Shown in pieces: positions 37,918-52,300 of a stretch of DNA of 64,000 bases (positions are counted from its first letter, which is position 1; each line of letters begins with the position of its first letter). The translations under genes were made by a program, and so were the position numbers. The DNA comes from Podarcis melisellensis. Taxonomy: Eukaryota. The stretch lies in the NCBI GenBank assembly GCA_964234715.1, contig OZ174287.1. One strand, written 5' to 3'. The notes under the pieces were generated by a model. The model was not told where the DNA came from and made no database searches. It saw only the letters and a list, made by a program, of their open reading frames with translations.

Positions 37918-40900
37918 GGCGATGGGGAGAGAACAGGGAAACTTTGCTGGAGGGAGACGGGGGAATTGGCTGGTGGAAAGGGGGAGGGGAGGAGGAGGAG
38001 GCAGGGGGGCGGCGCGTTTGCCGGGGCTCAGCAAGCTAGAACTGGGAGAAACCGAACCGCAGTGTGAAGGCTCCTCAGTCGTCATCTGTGGCCTTTGACT
38101 TGCCACCCACCTTGCAAGCGCAGAGACACAGAAGATTGGACTGTGCGGCGGAAGGTTGCACTCATGCCCTCCGGAGCATGGCTGGGGCCTCCTCCTCAGA
38201 TCGTGGTTTCCTATCCCCCGCCAAATGGATGGAGACACCGAAGCTTGTGAACGTGACGTTGGCAATTGGTTTTTTGCGTCCCTGGTGGTTGCCAGCCGCT
38301 TCCCCCAGCGTTGCCACAATCTGTAGATGGAGAGAGGCAGAGAGCGGTGCCCCGGCAGCGGAGGCTAAATTGTGTCTTCAGGATGTGGCTGAATATTCCC
38401 AGGACGAGGGGCGGGTGGGGAGAAAGGCCCCCCACATCGCAGCAAATCCAGAATTCTTGATTGTGCATCCATAGCTTGCCCTACGCGCTGCAATTGGAGC
38501 TGATGCGCTCGGGAGAGCCTGTTCTGTGTCTCCTGCGTCATGGTTCCTTTCAATCAGTTCAGGCAGTGAGAGAGAGAGAAATTAAATTAACGGGCGTGGA
38601 TTTTGGGAGAACCCTGGATTGCCATTGGTGGCGGCCGATCGGTGCATGCATAGAATTACCAGATTGACAGTGAAAGAACTTTGCCTCCTTCCTGAGGCCT
38701 GGACAGTGGCTTCTGATCCTGAGTTCACAGGCAACCATTACCGAAATCCATTGTTTCTGGACCGTTCTCAGCTCCCAGAACCTTCCTTACCTCACCACAG
38801 TCTGTGGCTGGAGAAGGAATTGTAAATTGCAAGCTGCTCTGGGCTCTTTATCTGCATCGCCCCATTTCTCACAGAGGCGGCCTCCTCCAGCTCCTCCTGT
38901 CACGGCGCCAGGCTGGTTCCACAGGATGGAGCGGGGATTGAGGTTCCGGAACCAGGCCTCGCGTTCCTGTCATGAACCAGAATGTAGATTTTAAACGGTG
39001 CCCTCTACATACCCGCCCCATATGTCTGTTTTGAGACGCGGATTTTAGCCCATGCCAGCCCAGGGATGTGTTTTTGTGTTAATACTCACCACCTTACCCA
39101 CACGGATTACGTCTCTTTCCCCCCTCTGAAGGAAAGACCGCCCCACCACTCTTGCCACCCAGAGGGACTTTGAATGGCAGGCCTCCCTCTGCCACCCAGT
39201 CCTGAGCATTAAATTTAGTTTCCTGGCCCAGCCAAAACCTCTGGAAGGTCAGGCTCCCTCCCTGGCCGAGGGTCACTTGCTTCCGTTGCCCCCGGTTGCT
39301 CCCTTAAGCCACCTCCTCCTCCCAGAAACCACCGTGCCCCCCTACAAATTCGCCTCCTGCCATTCCCGTTGTCCTCCAGCCACTTTCCAGCATCGCTCCC
39401 ATGCACCCCACCTGCCCAGTTTAGACTCGCCAGATCTGCAGCCCTGAGTTCGTATTTGCATGCAGGAGATCGGCTGCAGAATCTGAGCGCCCAGCAGAAT
39501 GAAAGACACCTGTCGGTTCAGAAGCCACCTTCAACCCATCTCCTTCCTATACATTCTCCCCACCCCCAGAACCGTTCCTACCCCCTGGAAAAAACTTATT
39601 TGGTTACATAATGCCCAGTATGAACAAACCCCAAGGCCGGCTACCCAGGGTTTGGGATCAGGGTCAGCCTGTCAGAATCTGCAAACTATATATCTGTGGC
39701 CAGTTGCCCTCCTCTCCTCCTCCTGTACTTAAGAACCAAACCTCTGGTGGAAAATGGGCCCCTGGTTCCTCTAGAGCTATAATTTATCTGAGTCAGACCC
39801 ACATATCCCACCAGTCAATAAAGAACACTTCCTGAAGCCGCCGGGGTGGTTTGCCCCAGCTAAGAGGGAGGGGAGTTTTGCAAGTGGGCTGTTTCAACTC
39901 TGGCCAGCTAAAGGAGAACCTTTGGGGGGGACATGGGACATTTTTCATGTTCAAAACTCCTCTGAGTTGGGAGCCCAATTGGGAGGGGCGGCATCATGTT
40001 GAAATCATGTATGATAACTCTTGTGCAAAGTCAGCTTTCAGAGGTTAGTCTTCCCCTTTTCATTTTGTTCTGAACCATCTCTCAAAGTTTTCACCATCCA
40101 GGGAGAGGAATACTAGATTCTTGGCCACAGCAAGTGAAGAGCTCTGATCAAACTGTACCATTTGAACCCATATTTTAAAAAATACCCCTGCTGCTTACGT
40201 GAAAATTGGAAGCTGGGAAGATGATCTCTAGGGTAGCCTTCTCCCGGCACACTGGCTTTGTTAAATGCATAGCTGTTTCTTGTTTCCCTTTTGGAAGCAT
40301 TTGGCCATGTTGGCTCTCTGAAGTGGGACAGTGTAGGAAGTTCTACCAGCTGTTTGTGTGAATTAAGCCCAAGGATCAGCCAGCAGTGTTGGCATTACAT
40401 TGACTGTACAAAAGGAGCCACATAAACCCCTTTTTTCAGGAAGATTAAGGAAATCCAAGCTTTCTTCTTTTGAAACGTGAAACAAAACTTCCACATCTCA
40501 CAAATCCCTCCTAGAGACTAGGGCAAACTTTTTTTTTAATCTCATAGGTAGAGCACGCAGCTCTGGAAACCATTTCTCACTAGTGATGGAAGGAAAGTCC
40601 GAAGGGTTGTGTGTGGAAGCGAAGGAGAGCCACATGTTCCAGGAACCAGAAATGGGTTACGGAATTATCACAAGTAGTAAAATGAGCCAGGGAAGATCTG
40701 GAAGTAGAAATTTTCCATCTGTTGGCAGGAAATGTGGTGTAGTCCTTCTTTATCTGTGGAAGACATTGTAGTTTCTTAGATTCCCGCCCTCATATTTGGG
40801 CCAGGAACTGAATCATTTTTTTCCATTGTAAGCAGCTGAAGTAAGTCTTGTCCTTTACAACACACAACCCTATTAAAATCCCCCCTCCTTCCTTACCAAC

Positions 40901-41468
40901 GCTGCTGCCCACACCTGTCCCCCCCCCCAACCCCAAGGGCACTGGTTTGGCTACAACCATAAAATTATCCTATCTAAACTTCTCAGACTTCTCCCAGAAC
41001 CCTCTTCAAGTTCCTCAAGCTAATTTTGTGATTGAGCAAGGCCACTGTTTTAAACCAGAGGGGATGGGGGTGGGTGGGAGGGGAGAACTGAATGGGATCT
41101 TTTGTTACTTCAAGGTGTTCAGTTAGTGATTTCTGCCTGCCTGGGATTGGGAAATGGGGTTTTGGGTGGGCTGGAGGGGCTTGATGTATTATAATAATTA
41201 ATCCTTTTGCTTTAAAAAAAATATTTCTGTTTTTTGGTGCCATAACTTTCCCCATGTACAGTTTACCTCTTCCAGTCTTTTTCTTTTCTCTTTTTGCGCT
41301 TTCCTCCCCTCCCCCCGTCCCCAGTTTTTTTCCTGTCTCCCTCTGTGTGGGTGATTAAAAACTAATGTGAGTGTGTGTATGTATGTGTGTATGTCTTTTT
41401 TTATATATGAAGAAAAAATGTTGGCGGGGGGGAACTTAGACATATGTGTCCTATGGAATGTATTAGAA

Positions 41469-41474
41469 AATAAA
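41469..41474 (+). terminator. TAOK2: Probable polyadenylation signal of the beta isoform
   Basis: AATAAA ending a ~3.5-kb region without obvious interspersed repeats after the stop; another AATAAA ~41625; TE fragments resume after ~41980. Confidence 0.55.
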
Positions 41475-41984
41475 ACACTTTTTAAAAACAAACAGGAACG
41501 GGGTGGGTGATCTTGAATCTTACTTGGGAGAGCAAAAACTGGAAAGAGAACACAAAGATGGAACTGGTTGCTCTCTAGAGGGCTACCAGTCTGAGAGATT
41601 TTGGGGTGGGGTGAGAAATCTTTTAATAAAAATGTTGACTATTAAAAAAAAGTATTCTGTCTCTTTGGGGTTTTGAGAGGGAATGGGGTCAAGGCATCAA
41701 GATCTTGTCCAACCCAGGTTCCCATGGGACAAGATCCTAAAGAGGTTTTTTTTTTATGTCTGGATAACTGATTAACACATCAGTTGCCCCCATTTTATAC
41801 ACATACAGGGAGGTTAAAGGATTCTGACTCCTTTCAAGTCGTGTTTACATGTGGGATGGAGTTCCTGAAACATATTAATGTCATTATTGTATACACAACC
41901 ATGAGTGTAGTGGTCACTCATTAATCTGGAATAACGGGTACTTTTGTCTATATGTCTCCTACCATGTGGAATTCATAAGGCCTG

Positions 41985-42490
41985 GTTTCCAGACCCTTTA
42001 TCATCTTGGTCAACCTCCTCTGCACACGTTCCAATTTGTCAATATCCTCAAATTGTAGTGCCCAGAACTGGACACAGGTGTGGTCTGACCAAAGCAGAAT
42101 AGAGTGTGGGGACGACTTCTCTTGATCAGAACAGTATCCTCCTGTTGATGCAGCCTAGAATAACATTAGCTTTTATTCCTGCAGTATAATCAGGCTGTTG
42201 ACACATGTTGAGCAGTCTACTAAGGCCCCTAGATACTTTTCACATGTACTATTGGCAAGCCAGGTGTCCTCCATTTTATATTTTTTGCGGCTGGTTGTTC
42301 TTCCCCAAGTGTAGAACCTGACATTTGTCCCTATTGAAATCAATTTTGTTAGTTTGTTACGGTCATCTGGAATCCTGATTCTGTCTTCAGCGGCATGGCT
42401 ACCTGTCCCAGTTTGGCGTCATCGGCAGATTTGATTAGCATCCTCTCAATACCTTTGTCCAAGTCATTTATAAAGATGTTGAACAACAAT
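41985..42490 (-). mobile_element. CR1 LINE RT fragment (decayed)
   Basis: Reverse strand encodes LFNIFIND and [11 protein letters not shown] motifs of CR1 ORF2. Confidence 0.85.
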
Positions 42491-43376
42491 TACGGTGCTT
42501 GAGTTCCCTAAATCTATATTCCTTCCTTCTCAGACTTGAAAAAAAAATATTCTTGGGCTCAGAAGCAAGTTGAATTCAAGTGACCACTAGGCGTATCTAA
42601 ATATATATATGTGTGTGTATGTATTCACTTATCTGATAATAACAGAAGGATGCATTTCCTTCTGGAAGACCCTCTTTACTCACAAACCTGCAGTTGTATA
42701 TGTGCTCCATCTCAGCCTCTGCAGGTCTGCCCTGTTCTGCCTCTGAAACATTCAACCCTCTTACTTTACAAGGAATTCCATCGCCTAGCAACTGGGCTCT
42801 GGAAGCATTCCCATGGCAACTGCATCCCTGGCAGTTGGCTACCAATTGAAGGAGCATCTTGGTTGCATCCTACCCTCACAGGACGGGGCTTGAAAGGGAA
42901 GGAAGGGTCTGATGGTTTGTATCTTAACAGAGCTCAAGGGCCTTTTATGCATAGAAAATGGGAGGTGTGAAGGTGAAGGCCCCTGAATAGGAAGGGCACT
43001 TGCCACTAAGTCACATTGTGTTCCCAGTTGCTCAATTTCCAGGCCACCACCTTCGTACTCGGTGAGAGAGTCCTGTCCATTAAGTGTGGGCTGCAGAGGC
43101 ATTGATAGAGGCTGCCTCCCCCCAAAAAATTCCCCTTTTCCTTTTTTTAAAAAAACAACTTTGTTTACAGGTCAGCTGGGAATGGTGTAAAGTATAGCAT
43201 TGGTAAGACCCCAGGCACTTGCCCTCTTTTTAATTTGCTCAGAGGCAGTACTTTGTAGTAGCATCTGAGAATTTGTGTCATTGGGATGTAGCTACCTTGC
43301 TGAGCACACGAGGTCGCAGGTTCAATCCCTCACAAATCCAGGTAGGACTTGCAGAAGTTATGCCCTGCCTGAAACC

Positions 43377-44345
43377 CCAGATGCCCCAGATACACTGACC
43401 AGATGTCTGGAAGCTGTGGCTGGATGGTTACGTGGGAGCCGGTTGAAGTTAAATCCTTCTAAGACAGAGGTCCTCTGGCTGGGACGGAGCGATATGGGAC
43501 TGAGGGGGCAACTGCCATCTCTTGCGGGGGTGCAATTAGTGCCAACATCGTCCGTTAAGAGTTTGGGTGTAATCTTCGATAACTCCCTCTCTATGGAGGC
43601 GCAGATTACAGCTATAACAAAGGCGGCATTTTTCCATCTCCGCCAAGCTAAGCAGTTGGCTCCTTATCTCTCTCGCCCTGACCTAGCCACTGTGATCCAC
43701 GCGACGGTCACCTCCAGACTGGATTATTGTAACTCGCTCTACGTGGGGCTGCCCTTGAGACTGACCCAGAAACTCCAGCGGGTGCAGAACGCCGCGGCGA
43801 GACTCCTTACGGGGTCTTCACTGCGAGATCATATCCATCCGGTATTATACCAGCTGCACTGGCTCCCGGTGGAGTACAGGATCAGGTTTAAGGTGCTGGT
43901 TCTCACCTTTAAAGCCCTATACGGCCTAGGACCCTCGTACCTACGGGACCGCCTCTCCTGGTATGTCCCACAGAGAAATTTACGGTCTGCAAATAAAAAC
44001 ATCCTAAAGATCCTAGGCCACAGAGAGGTTAGGCTGGCCTCAACCAGAGCCAGGCCCTTCTGGTGGAACACTCTGTCAGAAGAGACTAGGGCCCTGCGGG
44101 ACCTGACATCTTTCCGCAGGGCCTGCAAGACAGAGCTGTTCCACCAGGCCTTCGGTCAGGGCGCAGCCTGACCCCCCTCCTCTGGCAATCGGCAATCTAC
44201 ACAGAATTTGCTGGATGGTTGCCATTAATTTGATTTTAATTTGATTTACTTAATTTTTATAATGAATGTTTTTAGAATGTCGGATTATTTGATTGTTAGC
44301 CGCCCTGAGCCCAGCTCCGGCTGGGGAGGGCGGGATATAAATAAA

Positions 44346-44398
<53 letters not shown>
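43377..44398 (+). mobile_element. 5'-truncated L2-clade LINE with (TTA)n tail
   Basis: Open ORF2 C-terminus to 44171 (LKLNPSKTEVL, VKSLGVIFD, SRLDYCNSLYVGLP, LQRVQNAAARLL, LHWLPV), then 3' UTR and (TTA)n at 44348-44398. Confidence 0.9.
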
Positions 44399-44399
<1 letters not shown>

Positions 44400-45386
44400 T
44401 GAACTAAGTAGACCTGACTCACAAGAGCAGCTTCCTAAGCCACCTAGCAAACACCCTTCTTCGTACATCAGACTCTCACTTAATGTTGGGCCCAGTGGAA
44501 TCAGCTGACAAAATCCAGCACCTTAGAATTACTTTATCTGTGTAGGGATGTGGAATGGAAGGGAGCGTTGTCTACCTTTCCCAGTTTTAGCAGTTCACTC
44601 GTTGGTGCCCTGCCCTTTCTCCTGCTTACCATACAGTCCTGGCTCAGGATTAGTTGCAGGCTACATGGTTTCCAGAAGTGCACCAGGGGCTACATCAAGT
44701 TTGCGATTTCCCCTGAGAGTGCCTCCTCCCATCAGTCAGTCCCTCTTACCCTGTTTCTGCATTTTTAGTCGTGGACACATGCACACACAAAGCAAGCAGA
44801 AAAGTGGCAGTACTCTGCTCATATCACATTTGCAAGCAAGGGGGGCGGGGAGTAAAGAGGTGTGTGGACATCTTAATTCACAGCACTAGTCATAAACAAG
44901 AGAGAAGCTTGTGGTTGCTGCTTTAAGAGCAAAAATTGCCCTCAGGGAAGGCAGAAGTCTGTAATGTCTTTCTGTAACTCTGCTTTCTCCCAATACAATA
45001 GTCTGCACCTGCTGGTTAAAGGAAGGGCAAATCTTGTGTTTTCCCAAGGAGCTCTGCATTGCCTCCAAAATTTCAGTGATGGGTATTTTTTGAGTCCTGA
45101 AGCTGAGAAGGTTTAGACTTGGTCATAGGTGACCACCCTTATGCCACCTTGTGTTCCGTGATGGGATACAAATGTAAGAAAATAATATTAAGAAACAAAG
45201 CAACAACAAATTGCTTCAGAGACAGGTCCAGAAGCCGCAGTTATTGCAAATATGAACTTATGCTAACTTACTTTTTTACGGGGACATCAGAAATGAAGAC
45301 TTATGGTCTTTCTCCCCAATATATTTAAAGTTTTTTATCCCATCCTTTGATAATTAAAAAGGAATCTAAGTGTACGTTCTAAAATG

Positions 45387-45470
45387 TCAATCTAAAATAC
45401 ATGATAGCTAAACGACAAATGTGTCCTCAATCTAAAATACATGATAGCTAAATGACAAATGTGTCCTCAA
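45387..45470. repeat. 40-bp tandem duplication
   Basis: Copies start 45387 and 45427, one mismatch. Confidence 0.9.
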
Positions 45471-45824
45471 CCAGCCGTAGATGGAAACAGTTTAGAGTGG
45501 CTGGTTCTCTCATGGTTGTGGCTGGCATCCATCCATCTCAAAAGACAATGGAGTGCACTTGGAAGGGTGAATTTCTCAAAGCCATTTCAAAAGCCATGAA
45601 GTGCCTGAGGAAACAAGCTAATATTTACTTGGTGTTAAATTTTTCAGCAAGAGGCAAGCAGAAAAGCGGGAGATTTACATCATTGAAATTAATCTCTAGT
45701 CAGAAAGCCCCCATTGCTGGTAAGATGAAAGTCCTCAGCCTTGGGCCTCCTGAAATGATCTCAGTCACTAGAGAGATTCATGTGAAAATAAATGGCAAGC
45801 AATGGGCTCATCTTTTTTTTTTAT

Positions 45825-46035
45825 TTAGTTAATTGAATTTATATCTCACTTTCTTCTCCAAGGAACTCAACGTAGTGTACATGGTTTCCGCTGACCCCAT
45901 TTAATCCCCACAACAACCTTGTAAGGCAAGTTAGGCTGAGAGGCAGTGGCTGGCCCAAAGTTACCCAGTGACCTTCATGGCTGAGTGGAGATTTGAACCC
46001 AGGTCCTAGCCCAACCTTCTAACCACTAACACTGT
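45825..46035 (-). mobile_element. MIR/CORE-like SINE
   Basis: Same family as 16830-17045. Confidence 0.7.
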
Positions 46036-46350
46036 TCTGATCTTCTCATAGTATTAGCATTAACGATGCATGTTGTGGATACATGTCTTGAGTTCAAAAT
46101 CATGTGTTCTGGCAATTCAGTGAAGGATAAAAGATACTCTAGCTCAGAATCATCTTCTTCGGGCCCAGTAGAGAGAAAGAGAAATGGCTCCGGTTCATGC
46201 TCTGGATAGAAGAGTCAAGCCTCATGGCCCAACAACTGCTTCTGAAATGGATTCTTTCAGCCGCTGTTTGCTCCTACTTCTTTTTAACGCCAATTACACA
46301 TTCCTTTCTCTGCTCAGTGTCCATCTTTCTCTCTCTCTCTTAGATCCAAA

Positions 46351-49300
46351 ATGGAAGAGAGTTATCGCACCCCCAGGAACAGCCCCCCTCAGGACGATAA
46401 GGCTGCTCCAACGGGCTTTGCACCCAGAATATCAGAAGCCATGGCTGAGTACTTGGTGAACACTGTGGCCGGCACTGCCAAAATGGTCCAGGCTTCTGTG
46501 GAAGCACAAAAGTCTGCTCAGGTACTCGAGCCCAGGCTCTAGCAATAACCAGTATTAGACTGAATGAGAGAAATAATTCTCTTGCTCAAAACTCCCAATA
46601 TCATTTCTCAGCCTTTGCACACAGAGAGTACACTGGGAGTTAGGCTGAAGCAGGCTTCCTCAAACTCGCCCCTCCAGCTGTTTGGAGACTACAATTCCCA
46701 TCATCCCTGGCCACTGGTCCTGCTAGCTAGGGATCATGGGAGTTGTAGGCCAAAAACATCTGGAGGGCCACGTTTGAGGAAGCCTGGCTGAAGGATAGTT
46801 TCTAGCCCAAGTTACCCAACCTTGGGCTGAGGGATGATTTGAACCCTCATCTCTCTCCCCCCCGCCCCATTCTAACACTGGCTCCATCCAATGCCCTGAA
46901 CACTTCAGGGTTCATTGGGGGAAGTAATGCGCTTTAAATGTAAGGTGTGTGTACACAGCCACTGTGACAGGTGTGTAACAACCAGCCTTCAGCACTTTTG
47001 CTGCCAGTGTCAAAGGAGGGGGGCTTTTACACTGTGTCACCCATTTTGTGGAAGGAGATCAGGCAAGCACCCAACAATAGGGTGCTTTCACAGACAGTTA
47101 AAGACGTTTCCTTTTTCTTGGGCATTTCCTGACTGTTTTTGTTGTTGTTGTTGTTCAGGCTGTTGGAGTTGCTGCAATTATACAAGTATGTTGACGTTTC
47201 AGTGGTTATTTGTGGGTTTTAATGGTTTTTGCGTATTGTGGACTTTTTTGAGATTTGTAAGCTTATAAATGAAAAGATATGTAAGATTTGTAAATAAATC
47301 AGTATGTAGGATTTAAAAATAAATGAATAAAATTGTTGTCATTTATAAAAGACCCATGGCACGGTTAAGAGTGATAAAAATGAGCTCTTTTTATAGCAGT
47401 TTTATGTAGGAATCTCTTGTATCTGGGGCCTGGCATGGCTTCTAGAGACAATTGTGTGGAGCTCAAAGCCTGCATAGCTGTGACTTGTCCCCCTCTGCCT
47501 TCTCTCCAGCTTGCTTGTTTCCATGCAGAGCAGTCCCTGGCCCAGGCCCGGCTGAGCTACATGGCAGCACGGGGATTGGCCGAGCGACTGTTGGGGTTCC
47601 TGAACCCCCCTGACTACCAAGGGCTCTTCCAGCTCCTGACAGAACCTCCGCTACCCTATTCTGAATTCTGCACCATCATCCGACGTGCAGAAAATGGTCA
47701 GTATCAATATCCCTGTTGCTGGGAGTTTGTTTTCTGCCTGGACACCCGTCGTCTCTGTTGCTGTCCATCTGGATCCTGCCTACTCTCTCTCAGTAGCCCC
47801 ACCCATTCTTAAAGGGGTCACACCCACTGACCCCCATATCTTCATCTACTTCAGGTTGTGCATGAAGCTAAGAATTCAGTGGGTGTGGCCTCCATAAGAA
47901 TGGGCGGGGCTACTGAGAGAGAGTAGGCAGGGTTCAGATGACGTGTGGCACGGTGAATGGAGCAACAGAGCCTTTTCATGGGTGGCCCCTCAACTGCGGC
48001 ATTTACAGTGGTATCTCGGTTTAAGAACAGTCCTGTTTATGAATGATTCGGTTTACAAACTCTTGAAAACTGGAAGTAATGTCCCGGTTCAGTTTGAGAA
48101 CTTTACTTCAGTCTGAGAACAGAATCCGAACGGTGGAAGGGCACTGGTGATGGGAAGCCTCATTAGGGAAAGCGCGTCTCAGTTTAAGAATGGATTTCCG
48201 GAACGGATTAAGTTCGTAAACCAAGGTACCACTGTACTCCCCCGAGGAGGCCTGCCTGGAGCTCTTGCTGCTAGAATTATTATTGCTCACCGTATTTCTG
48301 CACTTCACCATGCTATTCCAAGGCAGGTTACAAGAGCTTTAGAAGTACAATATTAAAATGTTAAAATTAATTACAGTCAAGCGAATATGGCGGGCCCTAC
48401 CATTTAGGGCCTAGCAGAAGTCTTATTTCTGTTTTCCCAGGTTTGTTTTTAAAGAGCTGCTAATGTTACCATTTTTAATTTAGTGCAGTTTGGTTTTTAC
48501 TCCTTCAATGGACTGCTGCTGTTTTAGTTTGCTGTAATAACTTGTGGGCAATAATAATAATAATAAATTGCTATCTTTATTTATTTTCTTACTTTTGCTT
48601 CTTACCGCCTTGCCAGCAGCTCTGCACATGTAAATTTGTGTTGAAGGTGCAGGATATATAAATCATTAAAGAAAGCCACCCCACTGCTTCCTCCTGCTTT
48701 GCAGCACTCCTGCACCCTGTTCTGAAGTGCAAGCCAGGATTCCCAGCCAGACGAGACCCCAGCCCAGGCTCTGAATTCACCTGTCCGTGAGTGACCTCGT
48801 GGGAGGCCCTTGTGGGGCAAACCCATCATTTTAACGTTGGGGAGAGCGTGGTGCTGATAACACCAAGGTTGCACGTTCGTTCCCTGTATGGGATGGCTGA
48901 ATATTCCCGCATTGCAGCGGGTTGGACTAGATGATGATCCTCAGGGTCTTTTCCAACTCTACAATTCCACACTTTATATATATATATATATATATGCTTT
49001 TATTTCCATGCTCCTCTTTCCAGACCAGATCTTAGTGATGATGGCCTTCAAGGAGGGGGTCATGACTTCCGGTGCTTCATATCCTCTTGCGCCTGTGAAA
49101 GAGTGAGTGATATGCGTCCCCTGTGGTCTTCATCCTAAAAGTTTTGATGAGCAAGGGCTGGTTGTAATCTGCCCTCTGACGAGAGGAAGGCATTCGGCAC
49201 ATGCTGAGATGCATTACAGCTTTGAAGCCAAGGGTCTAGGCTTGCAGCCATGGGCATAGCCGAGGGGCGGCAGGAAGGGGCAGCTGCCCCCCCCCATAAT

Positions 49301-52300
49301 CAATAAAAATCAATAAAAATACACAGCAAACTGAGGTTCTGCCCCCCACCTAACAGGAGGTCTGCCCCTCCCTAAAAAAAACCCTAGCTATGCCCATGCT
49401 TGCAGCCACATCAGAATATTTTTTAAATGTAGTGCTCGGAGGTGCAATTTAACCATTTGCTCCTCAACCCTGTTCTTGACAGAAATTAGCAATAAAAAAA
49501 AGGATGGGTGATGTCTCTGTGAGGGGAGAGGGCAGGCCAGGTGCCACAGGGGCAAGCTCTGGGTTCTCTTTTTTCCCTGTCTGCCTTCCTAAAAACCCTC
49601 CCCACAGAGCAGTTGTTGGTACTCTCAAATTTAAACAGAGATTTCCAGATCCAGAGACCAGAAAAGTGCCAAGGGCCAGGTGGCAGCAGAGCGTATGCAT
49701 CTCTCACCTGTGTTATGTAATAACTCTGTATAAACAGGCATTTGGCTGAGCAAACAATCTATGGCCTTTTTAATGCGTTTGCGGGATAGGGTGACTGGCT
49801 TTCCCCCCTTTTGTTGTGATATGTATTTTGTGTTTCCTTTTGTATTTTATGCTGTAAACTGCCCTGTGGTCTTTGGATGGAGGGTGGTATATAGATTTAA
49901 TCATCACTGTTAATAATAAAGGGCAACGTCAGCTGTGGGCTCTGAGCCGGGCACAGCTGGCCTCAGGCCTGACAGCTGAGTGAGGTGGGTGGGGCTTAAT
50001 CTGAGGTAGGAGGGGCTAAGGGGAATCAGGAAGTAACAGGAAGCAAAAAAATTAATATATTGAGGAGACCACTGTAAGCAGATGAAAACATTAGCAGGGT
50101 TTTAATAACACTTGTAATGTAACAAACACTATGGACATCATGCAGAGGTATAAAATATGGATTGTGAAATAATACAAAGTTGAAAATGTTGACAGTAGGA
50201 CCCAGGGAGGGGATGGTGGGAAGTCTGGAGATTCCGATAAATCTCTAAATATGAATACGTACTTGGTACTGTTGTATCTTTACACTTGTAAAACCAAATA
50301 TTATTATTTTTAATGGAAATAGCAGGAAGCACTATGGAGATCCTATGAAATAGTGAGGAGGGGCCCAGTAAGAGGGGGGGGAGAGGGGTTGCTTCTGGGC
50401 CCCCCCCTTCCATCCTTCCCTTTTCTCCCACAGCAAGATGTGGACCGCACAGAGGAAGAGGAGGGTCTGCCTCTGCAGATTCGAGGGCGAAACCCCTCAC
50501 GCCATAAGCAAGTACGTGCCCTCAAACCGCTGTTTCGTATCATTATAGAAATCGGGGTTGGCCCTTGCAGCCCGGCTCCGCACCAAGCGACTTTGGATCC
50601 CTTGAGGTCCGCTATTGGTCAGAGAAATAAATGGAGACATTAATCACATGCAAGAAAGCAAGGCTGAATGCTGACCCTGATCCTTATGGATCAGTTGCAA
50701 CAGGATCTCCCCCTCCCACAACAGAGAGAAGAAGAAGGGCCCCAAACAAAGTGGGAGCTACTTTTGAAACTTGTGTCCAGCCACCTTGGCAAGAAAGACA
50801 CAAAACGTCGTAGAAGGAGGGGCTGCCCAGTGAAAGTGGGGCATGTGTAATTTGCACGGTTTCTAATTTATCAGTCATGACACTTTGTGAATGACTGTCT
50901 CCATTCTGTCATTCATATTCCTGACACATTTAACCATCTCTTTAGATATTGTAACTACCCTGTCCCTTTTCCCCTCCGGGACACATTATTCTTGCCCCTG
51001 CTCAAAAGACCTCCATTTGACAGGTCTCAGCTTCTATTGACAAGCCCCCCAAACTGCAGATTTATGGCATGCTGGCAGCCCATTGAGGAGTTTGCAAGTT
51101 TCTTGGCTACAGAGGTGGCTGCCAGCAGGGACCGATATGGACCAAGCATGGCTTGTCTGCCCCCCTTTCATTTCTAAACTAGAAGGTTCTGGAGTTCTGG
51201 CCTGGGAACCTATTTTTCCTAAGGAATCTGGCATTTGAGAAGCTGCCTGTGGTCGCTAACTTGTGAGCGAGAGATTCTGCATGTGCTCAGTGGCACTGCC
51301 CTTCTGTGGCTCCAGCTAAAGAACCAGAGGGGTCTTGTGTGGTACTTTAAAGCCTGAATTTTGTGGCATAAGCTTTTGTGAACTAGCAGCCACTATACCA
51401 AATGCAGGAAATGTATCCTCAGTAGGCAGATAGAAATATACTGTGACAATGTGACAGGCCCTACCTCTTCCATTTAATAGCTTTTGGGTCCCACCCCTAA
51501 CTACGGGGCAGGGGTTGTCTTCCCCTCTGTACTTGTGTGTGCCTAATCTGCCAGCTGAGGACAGCTCCTCTTGTGCTAGTCTGTGAAAACTGATGTGGTA
51601 ATGAATCTGTCTGTCTTCAAAGTGCCACAAGGCCATCTGTTGTTTTTGCTGCAAACACAGGTCATCTCTCGTATTTGTTAATGCTAGTAGTAGTATGTGT
51701 GTTGGAAGTGTGGGCTTTGACTCCCAAGACTGAAAAATGGCTTTGAAGATGCTTTCTTCCCTTACCAGGTGGAGACTGTGCTTCTGGAAGATCAGATGGG
51801 GTATGTGACCCAGCGCCGGCCCCGACGGTCCCCCTCAGCTGGCGTGGAGGGGCTTTCTCCCCTAGTATCTGAGCAGGACCTCAACACCATTCAGGTATTG
51901 ACTCTCTGGGCATAAGGCACCAGGGAAAATTGGAGAGGACAGGTGGTAGAGGCAAGAGGAGCAGGATTTGTTTGTTTGATGTATATTTATTACATTTATG
52001 TACAATCTTCCCCCCCAAGCAGCTCAAGGTGGTGTACTTGGTTCTTCCCTCCCATTTCCCCCCCTCACAGCAACCCTGTGAGGTAGGCTAGACTGAGAGC
52101 CAGTGACTGGCCCAAGATCACCCAGTGAGCTTCATTGGCTGAGTCGGGATTTGAACCTTGGTCTCCCAACACTTTAAAGTCTAACAGTTATACTACAAGG
52201 ACTTACAAATCTACTGGTACTGCTTTTCCTGGCATAGGAATGCACTGATGGGAACATTGTCATCAGCTGATCTCTGCTTTTCTAAGCAGACAAAGAGAGA

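Noticed and set aside
43275-44171. 298-aa ORF as a host gene
   Set aside because: It is the C-terminal part of L2 ORF2 preceded by in-frame SINE sequence.
50668-51177. Additional exon-like ORFs (50668-50850, 50887-51177) and a possible exon at 52968-53007 in the candidate gene
   Set aside because: Weak splice signals or phases incompatible with the best model; cannot be supported without transcripts.
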